Assembly (NCBI GenBank): GCA_034530875.2
Contig: JAVRCJ020000008.1
Coordinates: forward strand, 160,001-224,000
Origin: Nostoc sp. DedSLP01
GTDB taxonomy: Bacteria > Cyanobacteriota > Cyanobacteriia > Cyanobacteriales > Nostocaceae
DNA length: 64,000 bases
Direction of reading: 5' to 3'
Within the stretch, counting starts at the first letter, position 1; each line of letters begins with the position of its first letter. Both the position numbers and the translations under genes were made by a program. The notes under the pieces are model-generated. The model did no database searches and was not told the origin of the DNA. It was given only the letters and a program-made list of their open reading frames with translations. Of the stretch, positions 10,447 through 20,290 are shown piece by piece.

Positions 10447-11697
10447 CTATGAAAATAAGCTTTTTTTAAATTCAAAAGCTGCTTGAAAGTCAGGAATTTC
10501 AGTAGCTATCAGTTCGATAAATTCGTCGGGTGCAATGTAAGGATTTTGAGCTAATATTTCCTCTATTACCAGCTTTGCGATCGGGCCGATGTGGTAGGCT
10601 AACTCCTGGTGACAGCGTTTCACAAATACTGGATTTAGAGAAGGTTGTTGTTGCTCAACTCGTTCCATTTGTGGATTCATCGGTAAGCCAGGCGAACTAA
10701 AGATTGTCTGTGCAAGTTGGCTGTATGAATCGGAAGTTGATGAAATAGCCTGGTATTCAGGATTAAATACTGTGGGAGGCAGATCGACTACAATTGCTGG
10801 AGGTTCAACTGTTTCTTGTTGTTCGAGAAGCTGTAAATCTAGCAGTACTTCTCTAGCTGTTTGGTATCGCTTGTTGGGTCTATCGGCTAACATTTTATCC
10901 AAGACTTGAGCGAAACCATTACTCACATAAGCATAATAACGCCAGTTCCATTCTAAGGAATATTGATCCATTAATAAGGATGGATCTCGACCTGTGAGCA
11001 GTACAATAGCTGTTACTCCCAAAGCATAAAGGTCGCTACAGGGAGAACATAAACCCAAGCTGATTTGTTCGCGGGGAGCATATCCTACTTTACCAACGAG
11101 AGACATTTTACCGACAAAAGTTACTTGGTTTGCAGTTTTGGCCTCGTTGATATCAGTAAGTTGTTTGCCGACACCAAAATCAATCAGTACTGGCAAATCT
11201 TTGCCTTCGGGTAACATAATATTGTCAGGAGAAATATCCCGATGAATAATGTTATGTTGGTGGACATATTCCAACACTGGTAGTAAGTTTTTTAGCCACT
11301 GGATAACTTCTTCTTCAGAAAAATTTCTGCCTTGGCGTTGCAGTTCTCCTAATAGCCGAGAATATGTTTTGCCATCAACATACTCTTGTACTAAAAACAG
11401 CCTTCCGTCTCCTTCAAAGCAAGCTAAAAATTTGGGAATTTGAGAATGTTGCAATTGATGAAGGATTTTTGCTTCTCTTTTAAATAAGTTACGATATTGT
11501 TCAAGCCCACTTTCTCCAGTGCCAATGGGTGCAAATTCTTTGAGAACGCAAGCTTCATTAAAGCGACGAGTATCATACGCCAAGTAAGTTCGCCCCAATC
11601 CTCCTTGTCCCAAAAGTTTTTGGATAATATAACGGTTATCGATTAAAGTTCCAGCTGCTATTTCTGGCCTTGCTAAAGGGGATTGTGACATCATCAT
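10447..11697 (-). CDS. Soluble Ser/Thr protein kinase with small C-terminal helical domain
   Basis: GQGGLG, HRDISPDN, DFG and YAPRE motifs; C-terminal ELAYHIGPIAKLVI domain. Confidence 0.9.
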   Translation of the reverse strand: MMMSQSPLARPEIAAGTLIDNRYIIQKLLGQGGLGRTYLAYDTRRFNEACVLKEFAPIGTGESGLEQYRNLFKREAKILHQLQHSQIPKFLACFEGDGRLFLVQEYVDGKTYSRLLGELQRQGRNFSEEEVIQWLKNLLPVLEYVHQHNIIHRDISPDNIMLPEGKDLPVLIDFGVGKQLTDINEAKTANQVTFVGKMSLVGKVGYAPREQISLGLCSPCSDLYALGVTAIVLLTGRDPSLLMDQYSLEWNWRYYAYVSNGFAQVLDKMLADRPNKRYQTAREVLLDLQLLEQQETVEPPAIVVDLPPTVFNPEYQAISSTSDSYSQLAQTIFSSPGLPMNPQMERVEQQQPSLNPVFVKRCHQELAYHIGPIAKLVIEEILAQNPYIAPDEFIELIATEIPDFQAAFEFKKSLFS

Positions 11698-12231
11698 CGC
11701 ACTCCTAGCGATCTTATTAGTTGAAAAATTATTTAGTTGCTGAAAGTCATAAACTCTAGCAGATAAAGGTTTGTATATTCTTCAAAATAAAGATTAGCAC
11801 TACCGTCAAAACTAGGAAATACACTTTTCTACAATCTTTAACTGGTCTTGTGTGACCAAATAAACAATTTTAAATTGGGTAGTTATTAGGTTACTACTTA
11901 TATTAAGTATTCTAGCAGCCGGAATATAGCCCGTGTCTGCGGTAATATCTGCGATCGCTTTGACGATCGCTCTTGAGATTTTCTGCTTGAGCCGATCCTA
12001 CTTTGAGTAAGCTAATTAGTACTCAGGTGAGAAACAGCTAGCATATAGCATGACATCATCAGTTTTTTAGCAAAACCGAGCTACTATAGACTTATCAAAG
12101 TAAATATTATATGTATTTTCAGTATCGATATGCGATCGCTCTTAAAAATTAACCTTTCTCCAATCAGACGTTACTACATTTGCTATAGAAGCTTTTGGTA
12201 GAGATGTTTTCTTTTTTCAAAGAAAATCAAA

Positions 12232-13983
12232 CTAGCTGCGTCGCCAAATCCGGATAGTGCCATCATTACTACCACTAGCAAGAGTTTGCCCGTTGGGACT
12301 AAAGACAACGGAATAAACCGAATCAGAATGACCACTCAGGGTGCGAATTTCTTTACCAGTTTGCACTTCCCATATTTTGATTGTTTTGTCCCTACTAACA
12401 CTAGCAAGAGTTCGCCCGTCGGGACTAAAGACAACGGAATAAACTGAATCAGAATGACCACTCAGGGTGCGAATTTCTTTACCAGTTTGCACTTCCCATA
12501 TTTTGATTGTTTTGTCCTTACTAACACTAGCAAGAATTCGCCCTTCGGGACTAAAGACAACGGAATGAACCCAATCAGAATGACCACTCAGGGTGCAAAT
12601 TTCTTTACCAGTTTGCACTTCCCAGATTTTGATTGTTTTGTCCCCACTACCACTAGCAAGAGTTCGCCCGTCGGGACTAAAGGCAAATGCATAAAGCGGC
12701 CAAGAAAGACCAGTTATGGTACGAATTTCTTTACCAGTTTCTACTTCCCAGATTTTGATTGTTTTTTCATCACTACCACTAGCAAGAGTTCGCCCGTCGG
12801 GACTAAAGACAAGGCCATAATCAGGATACTCAGTAACATTAAACATTATGTTGCGAAGTTTACCAGTTTGCACTTCCCAAATGATGATAGTTCCACCATA
12901 ACTTGACCTAGCAAGAATTTGCATATCAGGACTAAAGACAAAGATAGGCAAAAAAACATTAAAGACAGAGTGAGAAGGTGAAACATTATCGAAATCACGA
13001 AGAGTTACAGTGCGGATAAGTTTACCTGAAGCAAATTCTAAAACGTTAATAGTATTAGCTGCTACAGTTGCCAAAATTTCTCCACTAGGGCTAAGGGCAA
13101 AACTCCCATCAATATCACGGATGATGTGGACACATTCCCAATTATCAGAAACCACCACAACTGCTGCTAGTAACAAATCCAAAAACTCCTGCACCGAATG
13201 AGGACGAAACTTGTAATTTAATGCCATCCCTCGCATAATTGCGTTATTCACCTTGTCGCTAACACTCGAATTCAACTCTTTGGGCGATCGCATGGTAAAA
13301 TTTTGCAGTCTGGCTGGTGCTGGCATCGGCAATTGTCCACTCAGCAAAGAATATAATGTAGCGGCTAAGGCATAAACATCTATATATTCTCCCCTTTCTG
13401 CATCAGGTGCATACTGTTCTGGTGGCGCATAACCAGGGGTAAGACTTTCTGTATGTAGTTGAACTGCACCGGGAATAAATTGTCTAGCAAGGCCAAAGTC
13501 AATTAGCACTGCTTCTTGTTTACCCACTCGCATCATGATATTGCTGGGTTTTAAATCCCGATGCAGTAAACCACGTTCATGAACTACAGTTAAAGCTTCG
13601 CCAATTTGCCGAATATATTCCAGTGCTTCTGCTTCTGGTAACGCCCCTTTTTCAGTTATTCGCTTCCCTAAATCTTCGCCTTCGATGTATTCCATCGCCA
13701 TACACGGCAAATTCTCCTCATCAAAGACGTTTTCTACCTGCACAATATGAGTATGGCGACACAAAGCCAGTCGCAATGCTTCATCCCGGAAGTCTTGGCG
13801 TAATTTATCTTGATGTGGTATCCATTTTGGATCGTTCAGAATTTGTTCTCTGAGGGTTTTGATGACTCGCAACTCACCGCGTCGATTTTTAGCGAGATAG
13901 GTAATACCAACTCCACCTTCACCTAATTTTCTCTCGATGATGTAGCGCCCACCAAACAAATACTGCCCAGAATTCCACGCCAT
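12232..13983 (-). CDS. Ser/Thr protein kinase with WD40 repeats (paralog of 6890..8806)
   Basis: Kinase motifs HRDLKPSN and DFG; near-identical 42-aa WD40 repeats. Confidence 0.93.
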   Translation of the reverse strand: MAWNSGQYLFGGRYIIERKLGEGGVGITYLAKNRRGELRVIKTLREQILNDPKWIPHQDKLRQDFRDEALRLALCRHTHIVQVENVFDEENLPCMAMEYIEGEDLGKRITEKGALPEAEALEYIRQIGEALTVVHERGLLHRDLKPSNIMMRVGKQEAVLIDFGLARQFIPGAVQLHTESLTPGYAPPEQYAPDAERGEYIDVYALAATLYSLLSGQLPMPAPARLQNFTMRSPKELNSSVSDKVNNAIMRGMALNYKFRPHSVQEFLDLLLAAVVVVSDNWECVHIIRDIDGSFALSPSGEILATVAANTINVLEFASGKLIRTVTLRDFDNVSPSHSVFNVFLPIFVFSPDMQILARSSYGGTIIIWEVQTGKLRNIMFNVTEYPDYGLVFSPDGRTLASGSDEKTIKIWEVETGKEIRTITGLSWPLYAFAFSPDGRTLASGSGDKTIKIWEVQTGKEICTLSGHSDWVHSVVFSPEGRILASVSKDKTIKIWEVQTGKEIRTLSGHSDSVYSVVFSPDGRTLASVSRDKTIKIWEVQTGKEIRTLSGHSDSVYSVVFSPNGQTLASGSNDGTIRIWRRS

Positions 13984-14114
13984 TAGTCAAAACCGTAGTT
14001 TCACTGATATTTTATTTTGGCACATCATAAATATCAGTTTTTGCCAAATATCTCGACATAGCAGCGAATAGCTGACTTGACATTGTTTAGGAAGATAAAA
14101 TTAAGGCGATTCTT

Positions 14115-14441
14115 ATGGAACTTACAATAAGCAGTGTATTCAATCATAATCAAGCTATGACACCACTAGTAATTAAACCTTCATCTTGGCTAGAGAATGG
14201 TATTCAACTTCAAAAAGTCAATAAACTTTATCTGTTTAAAATTACAGATGAAATGTCAGACAGAATGCAAGAACTTGTTGATAAAAAAACTGCTGATTCT
14301 GAAACACCAGAAGAAGCGGCTGAACTGGAGGCAATTGGAGAATTAGCGATAATTGTTAGCTACATCAATGGCTTGATTGCTAATGAAGCACAAAAATCTA
14401 ACGAAACAGGGAACCAGGAAGAAGGATTGGATAGGAACTAA
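14115..14441 (+). CDS. Small acidic hypothetical protein, antitoxin-like
   Basis: 108-aa ORF; RMQELVDKK..ETPEEAAELEAIGEL resembles small partners of cyanobacterial HNH genes (recall only). Confidence 0.55.
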   Translation: MELTISSVFNHNQAMTPLVIKPSSWLENGIQLQKVNKLYLFKITDEMSDRMQELVDKKTADSETPEEAAELEAIGELAIIVSYINGLIANEAQKSNETGNQEEGLDRN

Positions 14442-14472
14442 TCAGAATCCAGAATTCAGAATTCAGAAAAAT

Positions 14473-14501
14473 TAGAGACGTTGCATTGCAACGTCTCTAC
14501 A
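14473..14501. repeat. REP-like palindrome
   Basis: TAGAGACGTTGCA-T-TGCAACGTCTCTA; related palindromes at about 43978-44030. Confidence 0.75.
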
Positions 14502-14507
14502 TTTGGG

Positions 14508-14783
14508 TTATTGGATCGGAATTTGTCGGATTAGAATACTCATTACTTCATCTGGGTTCCCAGTTGGTACTAGTGGACTCCAATCTCCGACGCTGGCATA
14601 GCCAATTACTTGCAAATGGTGAATGGTACTGGTAACGGTTTCAAGAGAACCAATCAATATATGCTTGATAGGTTTTCTTTTGGGAAATGGGCTTTGAGTA
14701 AATTCTTTGGCAGCAGGTGTATTTAAATATTCATCTAAGAACTGTTCTAACTTTGACTGGGCGGAATCTTCTTGTTGTGCCAT
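14508..14783 (-). CDS. Small cyanobacterial hypothetical protein
   Basis: AGGAG RBS; KHILIGS..VTSTIHHLQVIGYA..GDWSPL motif. Confidence 0.7.
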   Translation of the reverse strand: MAQQEDSAQSKLEQFLDEYLNTPAAKEFTQSPFPKRKPIKHILIGSLETVTSTIHHLQVIGYASVGDWSPLVPTGNPDEVMSILIRQIPIQ

Positions 14784-15058
14784 GATTGTATTTATCTCCT
14801 GATAAAGGGGCTAGATAAGGGCGATCGCATTCTTCTTTTGCGGGATTGGGCGATCGCCTTTATCATGCTCTTATATTAATGTATAAAATTATACTTTTTC
14901 AACTACAAATTCAAAAATTTCTATCAATAATTTCCAAGTTTTAAGGAGAATAAATTATGTCTAATTCGAGTTATTTCAAATTTCATTGCTATAAAAAAAA
15001 TGCTAGATTTAGCAAATTTTTAACTAAACCTAGCAATCTTTAATTATTGATAAAAAGT

Positions 15059-15765
15059 CTAATCTTCAGGTTCAATTCCCGCAGCCCGCAATTGTGCTGC
15101 TAATCGTTCGGCGCGTTGGCGTTCTTGTTCGGCTAATTCGTACCCCAAGGTAGAAGGTTTCCTTGTTCGTCCCACCACCGTAACCACTTGTCTGTGCGGT
15201 TTTCACGAGTGCCTTGCGACACGCCAAGGTAAAGATTCATTTCCGGTATCCAGTAGCGTTGATTTTCATCAGCCTCTTGCAAGACGTACTGTTCTGTGTT
15301 GTCCAGGCGATACGTCTCAATACTGCCGCTTTCTGGCTCAAATATGATGTAGTTTGGTACTTTTAAGATGCGCTCGTAAAAAAACCATTTTCCTGGGGGA
15401 TATGTCGCTTTGATAGAATACTCTGTCTCTTGTGTATCGGAAACAAATTCCATCACAATTACAGGAGTGTCACCCTGTAATTGAGGTGTGTAACTGCGTA
15501 TTACTTCTTCTCGATTAACATTTATTTTGGCAATGAAAGCCCAATCAGGGGCTTTAATGACTATTTTGTTATTTAGGGTGGCACAAATGCCGTAATTAGT
15601 TGTTGCCAGGGCGTTAGCCGGAATTTTCCCAGCTAATAGCAGGCTTTCTGTAAGTGCAGCGGCTAAGGCTGGTTGGTTGATGTTGTCCACTGGGTCATCT
15701 GGCAGTTTGTAATCATCGGGGAGTTTTTCCCAAGTGATTTTGTAGTCTTGGGTGAGGACTGTCAT
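15059..15765 (-). pseudogene. Uma2/DUF820 family endonuclease with a frameshift near the C-terminus
   Basis: APDW, VIVMEFVS, GKWFFYERIL and WLRWWD motifs; ORF stops at 15133 but the typical tail ELAEQERQRAERLAAQLRAAGIEPED* continues in another frame to 15059. Confidence 0.75.
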
Positions 15766-16077
15766 GATGGGTTTTCCTTTAGCGTGTCAAGGGGACTGGT
15801 GACTGGTGATTGGGTATGGGTAATTGGCAGTGTGGGGGGTGTGGGAGGAAGGGGAAGAGAGAAAAGCATAAGGGACTTCCAACTAAAAAAATATACAATC
15901 GCCAGGGGTAGCAGAGGGAGCAGAGGGAGGAAGAATTTCAGATGATATTTACTCTCACCCATTGAATAATTCATTTTCTAAAAGTCCCTAAATTCTCTTT
16001 TCCCCCACACTCCCCACACTTCCCCATCTCCTCATCTACCCCAGTGCCCAGTCACCAATCCCCAGTACCCAGTCCCT

Positions 16078-17604
16078 TTACTCATATTCATCGGGTTCTA
16101 AATCTTCGGTTGTCAGTTCTTGATGGGGGATGGCGGCGATAATTGCATCTATTACTTTAGATACTGGTAATATCTCAATATTCAGGTCAGGGAATTTTTG
16201 TCCCTTGGGCACGATCGCTCTTTTAAATCCCAATTTAGCTGCTTCTTTCAACCGCAGTTCCATTTGGGAAACCGATCGCACTTGTCCGCCTAACCCAACT
16301 TCTCCAATCAATACTGTACCTGGGTCAACGATGCGATCGCGGAAACTAGCAACGATAGCAATTGCTATTCCTAAATCCACTGCTGGTTCTTCTACATTCA
16401 AGCCGCCAGCAGAAGCAACATAAGAATCTAATTTCGACATGGGAATCCCGACACGTTTTTCTAAAACGGCGAGAATTTGCACTAAACGGTTGTAATCTAT
16501 GCCAGTGGCTGCACGTCGCGGTGAAGGGTAGCTGGTGGGACTGACAAGGGCTTGTAATTCGACTACGATGGGGCGAGTACCTTCACAAGCCACTACAATT
16601 GCTGTACCTGGTGCCGGGTCGTCACGATTGCCTAAAAATAACTCTGAGGGGTTAGGAACTTCTCGCAGTCCATGCGACACCATTTCAAAGATGCCGATTT
16701 CATGTGTTGCCCCAAAACGGTTTTTAACTGTACGTAATAAGCGATGGGAAGCAAAGCGATCGCCTTCAAAATACAACACTGTGTCTACTAAATGTTCTAA
16801 AACTTTCGGCCCGGCGATCGCACCTTCTTTGGTGACGTGTCCGACAATCAGCATGGTAATATCTTCGTGCTTCGCCACCTTCATCAAAGCCGCAGTACAT
16901 TCGCGTACCTGAGCCACCGAACCAGGCGCAGAAGTTAAGGCGGGAAAGAAGACTGTTTGAATACTATCAATCACAGCTACATTCGGTTTCAATGAATCTA
17001 CTTCCCGCAAAATCTCTTCTAAGTCTGTTTCTGGCAATACATATAAATCGGCTCCTACACTTTCGGGTGCTGGCGATGGGGGAGGATTTTGTGCTTCTGG
17101 CTCGTTGTCATCACCGACAACACTCAGAGGTTTGGCTACTCCCAAACGAGAAGCTCTTAATTTGATTTGTTGCCCTGATTCTTCTCCAGAAATATAAAGG
17201 ATGCGGTATCTTTGCGCCAACTGATTTGATACTTGCAGTAATAAAGTAGATTTGCCAATTCCTGGGTCGCCGCCAATCAACACCATTGAACCGGGAACGA
17301 CTCCACCACCAAGCACCCGATCCAATTCGCCATAACCGGATTCCCAACGCGTGACTTGGCGATCGCTAATTTGGTCAAATGTCAGCGAAGCCCGCTGTTT
17401 AGGAGGTTTGCCAGTAGGTTTGCCATTGTTCGGTGCGGCTTGCCAACCGCTAACTCCTCCACGAGTAGGTACATCTACAGAAGATTGGATCAGGATTTGT
17501 TCTTCTAGAGAATTGTAAGTACCACAGGCTGGACACTTACCAAACCATTGAGGAGATTCTGCCCCACAATCGTTACAAACGTAAAAACTTTTTGGCTTTG
17601 CCAT
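16078..17604 (-). CDS. radA: DNA repair protein RadA/Sms
   Basis: CxxC..CxxC zinc finger, GGDPGIGKST Walker A, KNRFG motif, Lon-like C-terminus. Confidence 0.97.
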   Translation of the reverse strand: MAKPKSFYVCNDCGAESPQWFGKCPACGTYNSLEEQILIQSSVDVPTRGGVSGWQAAPNNGKPTGKPPKQRASLTFDQISDRQVTRWESGYGELDRVLGGGVVPGSMVLIGGDPGIGKSTLLLQVSNQLAQRYRILYISGEESGQQIKLRASRLGVAKPLSVVGDDNEPEAQNPPPSPAPESVGADLYVLPETDLEEILREVDSLKPNVAVIDSIQTVFFPALTSAPGSVAQVRECTAALMKVAKHEDITMLIVGHVTKEGAIAGPKVLEHLVDTVLYFEGDRFASHRLLRTVKNRFGATHEIGIFEMVSHGLREVPNPSELFLGNRDDPAPGTAIVVACEGTRPIVVELQALVSPTSYPSPRRAATGIDYNRLVQILAVLEKRVGIPMSKLDSYVASAGGLNVEEPAVDLGIAIAIVASFRDRIVDPGTVLIGEVGLGGQVRSVSQMELRLKEAAKLGFKRAIVPKGQKFPDLNIEILPVSKVIDAIIAAIPHQELTTEDLEPDEYE

Positions 17605-17773
17605 TCGTAAATCTTATTAAATATTCTTAATTTTTGCTTAAGTTTTTGAGTACGCTAAAATCCAATAATAGTGGTAATTCGAGCTTTTTCCAAATCAATT
17701 TGTGGAATGATATCTTAATATTATGGTATTAAAAATTAATCATGTAAATTTTTAGTAAGGAGCGTCGATTAAC

Positions 17774-18502
17774 TTGGAAAGTCATAAAGAAAAAATCTTG
17801 GTAGTAGACGATGAAGCCAGCATTCGTCGAATTTTGGAAACGCGTCTTTCGATGATTGGCTACGATGTCGTGACAGCCGGTGACGGAGAAGAAGCTTTAG
17901 ATACTTTTCGCAAAGCAGATCCTGACCTAGTAGTTTTAGATGTGATGATGCCAAAGCTAGATGGCTACGGTGTTTGTCAAGAATTACGTAAGGAATCTGA
18001 CGTACCTATTATTATGCTAACAGCCTTGGGCGATGTAGCCGATCGCATTACAGGACTAGAATTAGGTGCTGACGATTACGTAGTTAAACCATTTTCCCCT
18101 AAAGAGCTAGAAGCCCGGATTCGCTCAGTGCTGCGGCGGGTAGACAAAACTAGTGCTACTGGTATTCCCAGTTCTGGGGTGATTCATGTCGCTAACATCA
18201 AAATCGATACGAATAAGCGACAAGTCTATAAAGGCGACGAACGCATTAGATTGACAGGTATGGAGTTTAGCTTACTAGAGTTGTTAGTCAGTCGCTCTGG
18301 AGAAGCTTTTTCCCGTTCAGAAATTTTGCAGGAAGTTTGGGGTTACACACCAGAACGCCATGTAGATACCCGCGTTGTAGATGTACATATATCCCGTTTA
18401 CGAGCAAAGTTAGAAGACGATCCCAGCAATCCAGAATTAATACTGACAGCCCGAGGTACTGGTTATCTTTTCCAGCGAATTATTGAACCAGGGGAAGAGT
18501 AG
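17774..18502 (+). CDS. rpaB: OmpR-family response regulator RpaB (Ycf27)
   Basis: KILVVDDEASIRRILETRLSMIGY and WGYTPERHVDTRVVDVHISRLR motifs; TTG start. Confidence 0.93.
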   Translation: MESHKEKILVVDDEASIRRILETRLSMIGYDVVTAGDGEEALDTFRKADPDLVVLDVMMPKLDGYGVCQELRKESDVPIIMLTALGDVADRITGLELGADDYVVKPFSPKELEARIRSVLRRVDKTSATGIPSSGVIHVANIKIDTNKRQVYKGDERIRLTGMEFSLLELLVSRSGEAFSRSEILQEVWGYTPERHVDTRVVDVHISRLRAKLEDDPSNPELILTARGTGYLFQRIIEPGEE

Positions 18503-18559
18503 GAGAGAGCAGGGGAGGCAGGGGGAGCAGGGGAAGAAAAAACTAATGACTAATGACCA

Positions 18560-19204
18560 ATGACTAAACCCGACCCCAATCGAGTTTTGCGGCGTCTACC
18601 CATTGTTGTAGGTGGACTAGGCGCTGTACTTTTGCTAATTAACCGCTTATTGACACAGGAACTAACCGCATCTCAAGCCCGTGGTGATGTTTTGGGTGTG
18701 ATTTTGAGTGCGGTATTAATTTTGACTGGTTTAATTTGGCAGCAGGTGCAGCCGCGATCGCCTGATAGTGTAGAACTAATTGGAGAGGAGGGTTTTGTAC
18801 TCGCGCCAGACTTACCAGAAGGCGTGAAAACTGAACTCGCTTGGGCGTCTCATTTATTGTTGACTAATACAGTCACACGATCGCTAGTAGTTTTCTATCA
18901 AGGTAAAGTTTTGTTGCGTCGTGGGATTTTGGGTAGCAAATCTGAGGTTGTACCAGGAGCAATCTTAAAACAGGTACTCGAAAAACAAAGGCCAATTTAT
19001 CTAGTGGCGCTAAGTGTCTATCCAGGTAGGATTGAATTTGATTATCTACCAGAAAATACTCAAGGTGTAATTTGTCAACCGATTGGCGATAAAGGTGTCC
19101 TCATTTTAGGAGCAAACGCCCCTCGCAGTTACACCAAACAAGATGAAAACTGGATTGCAGGAATTGCTGATAAATTAGCAGTTAGTCTGAGTCAATTTTC
19201 CTAA
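18560..19204 (+). CDS. Cofactor assembly of complex C subunit B (CCB2/CCB4 family)
   Basis: LLLINRL, ELAWASHLLLTNT, YPGRIEFDYLPENTQGVICQP and RSYTKQDENWI motifs. Confidence 0.8.
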   Translation: MTKPDPNRVLRRLPIVVGGLGAVLLLINRLLTQELTASQARGDVLGVILSAVLILTGLIWQQVQPRSPDSVELIGEEGFVLAPDLPEGVKTELAWASHLLLTNTVTRSLVVFYQGKVLLRRGILGSKSEVVPGAILKQVLEKQRPIYLVALSVYPGRIEFDYLPENTQGVICQPIGDKGVLILGANAPRSYTKQDENWIAGIADKLAVSLSQFS

Positions 19205-19208
19205 AAAT

Positions 19209-20117
19209 TCAATCCCAAGAAGTTAAAAAATTCCAGTCTCCTGTTTCTTCTGGTGTATTTCCTTCTTTTTGTTCGGGTGTATTTAGATTTTTTTGTTGAA
19301 TTATCTTCTCATATTCTCCAGAATCAACCCATTTTAATAACTCCCCAGTTCGCATCACTACCCACGAAAGTCCAGATTCGGCATAACTTAAGATTTTGGT
19401 GACGCGATCGGCAGTATCAAGATTTTGAGATGCAAACTCACGGGCTTGAGTCACGAAATCTTCAATTACAACAGTAGTTAAATATTCATCTGGTAAACCT
19501 GCAAGTTTCATCAGTGCAGTGGTTGCGACATCAATATCCTGACAAGCTAATAAACCGGCGCGATCGGCAGTGAACCTAGCCATCATCTGCCAGTTATATA
19601 AAGCTAATTCCATACCATTAGCTACCAAGCCACCAACACCCAATGTAGTACTACTCAACAAATTTTTTAAAGTTGGCATTACAAATGCCATTTGGTGATA
19701 AACCATGTGCTGACTTTTAATACGAGCAATTTCATGCCCTAAAATGTAAACCAACTCATCTGTATTAAGCCACTCCAGTGCATCTAAATTAATACCAATG
19801 AGAGGTTTTTCTACTCCAATAATGTAGCTTCTAATGTGACCCGTGCCTCGATACAGATATAGCTCAGGAAGTGGCGTTACATCAAGAATTTCACAAGTTT
19901 CTACTAATGTCTGATGTAACTGGGGAAAATTACGAGGGGTAATTCTGATATCGCTACCAACGGTTTGCAAGCGGAGTAGGCGATCGATACCGTACTCGTT
20001 GATTTTTTTAAGTAGCAGCGAGACACCAGGCATCTTTTGCAAAGAAGCTAAAGCTTTGCGATCGAATGGGTGTTCGTAAGCTTGTGAACTCAGTCCAGTT
20101 AATATTTTTCTCGTCAT
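19209..20117 (-). CDS. M48-family metallopeptidase homolog, probably inactive
   Basis: YEHPFDRKAL and TADRAGLLAC motifs; HExxH site reads HEIAR. Confidence 0.75.
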   Translation of the reverse strand: MTRKILTGLSSQAYEHPFDRKALASLQKMPGVSLLLKKINEYGIDRLLRLQTVGSDIRITPRNFPQLHQTLVETCEILDVTPLPELYLYRGTGHIRSYIIGVEKPLIGINLDALEWLNTDELVYILGHEIARIKSQHMVYHQMAFVMPTLKNLLSSTTLGVGGLVANGMELALYNWQMMARFTADRAGLLACQDIDVATTALMKLAGLPDEYLTTVVIEDFVTQAREFASQNLDTADRVTKILSYAESGLSWVVMRTGELLKWVDSGEYEKIIQQKNLNTPEQKEGNTPEETGDWNFLTSWD

Positions 20118-20290
20118 TGATTTCTTATCTTCAGGGCTATCAGAAAATGCGATAGATTTACTTTATCAATCATTTTTGAGCAATTCTCTTGTCGATGCAA
20201 CACAACACGCCCTTTGGTAGCACAGCAGTGCTACCCTATCAAATGAATGACTAGCTCAGTTGAAAATTTGGTAATTATAAGATTTCATCT

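Noticed and set aside
12270..12880. Diversity-generating retroelement TR/VR pair
   Set aside because: The repeats are in-frame WD40 blades, differences are not adenine-specific, and no reverse transcriptase is present
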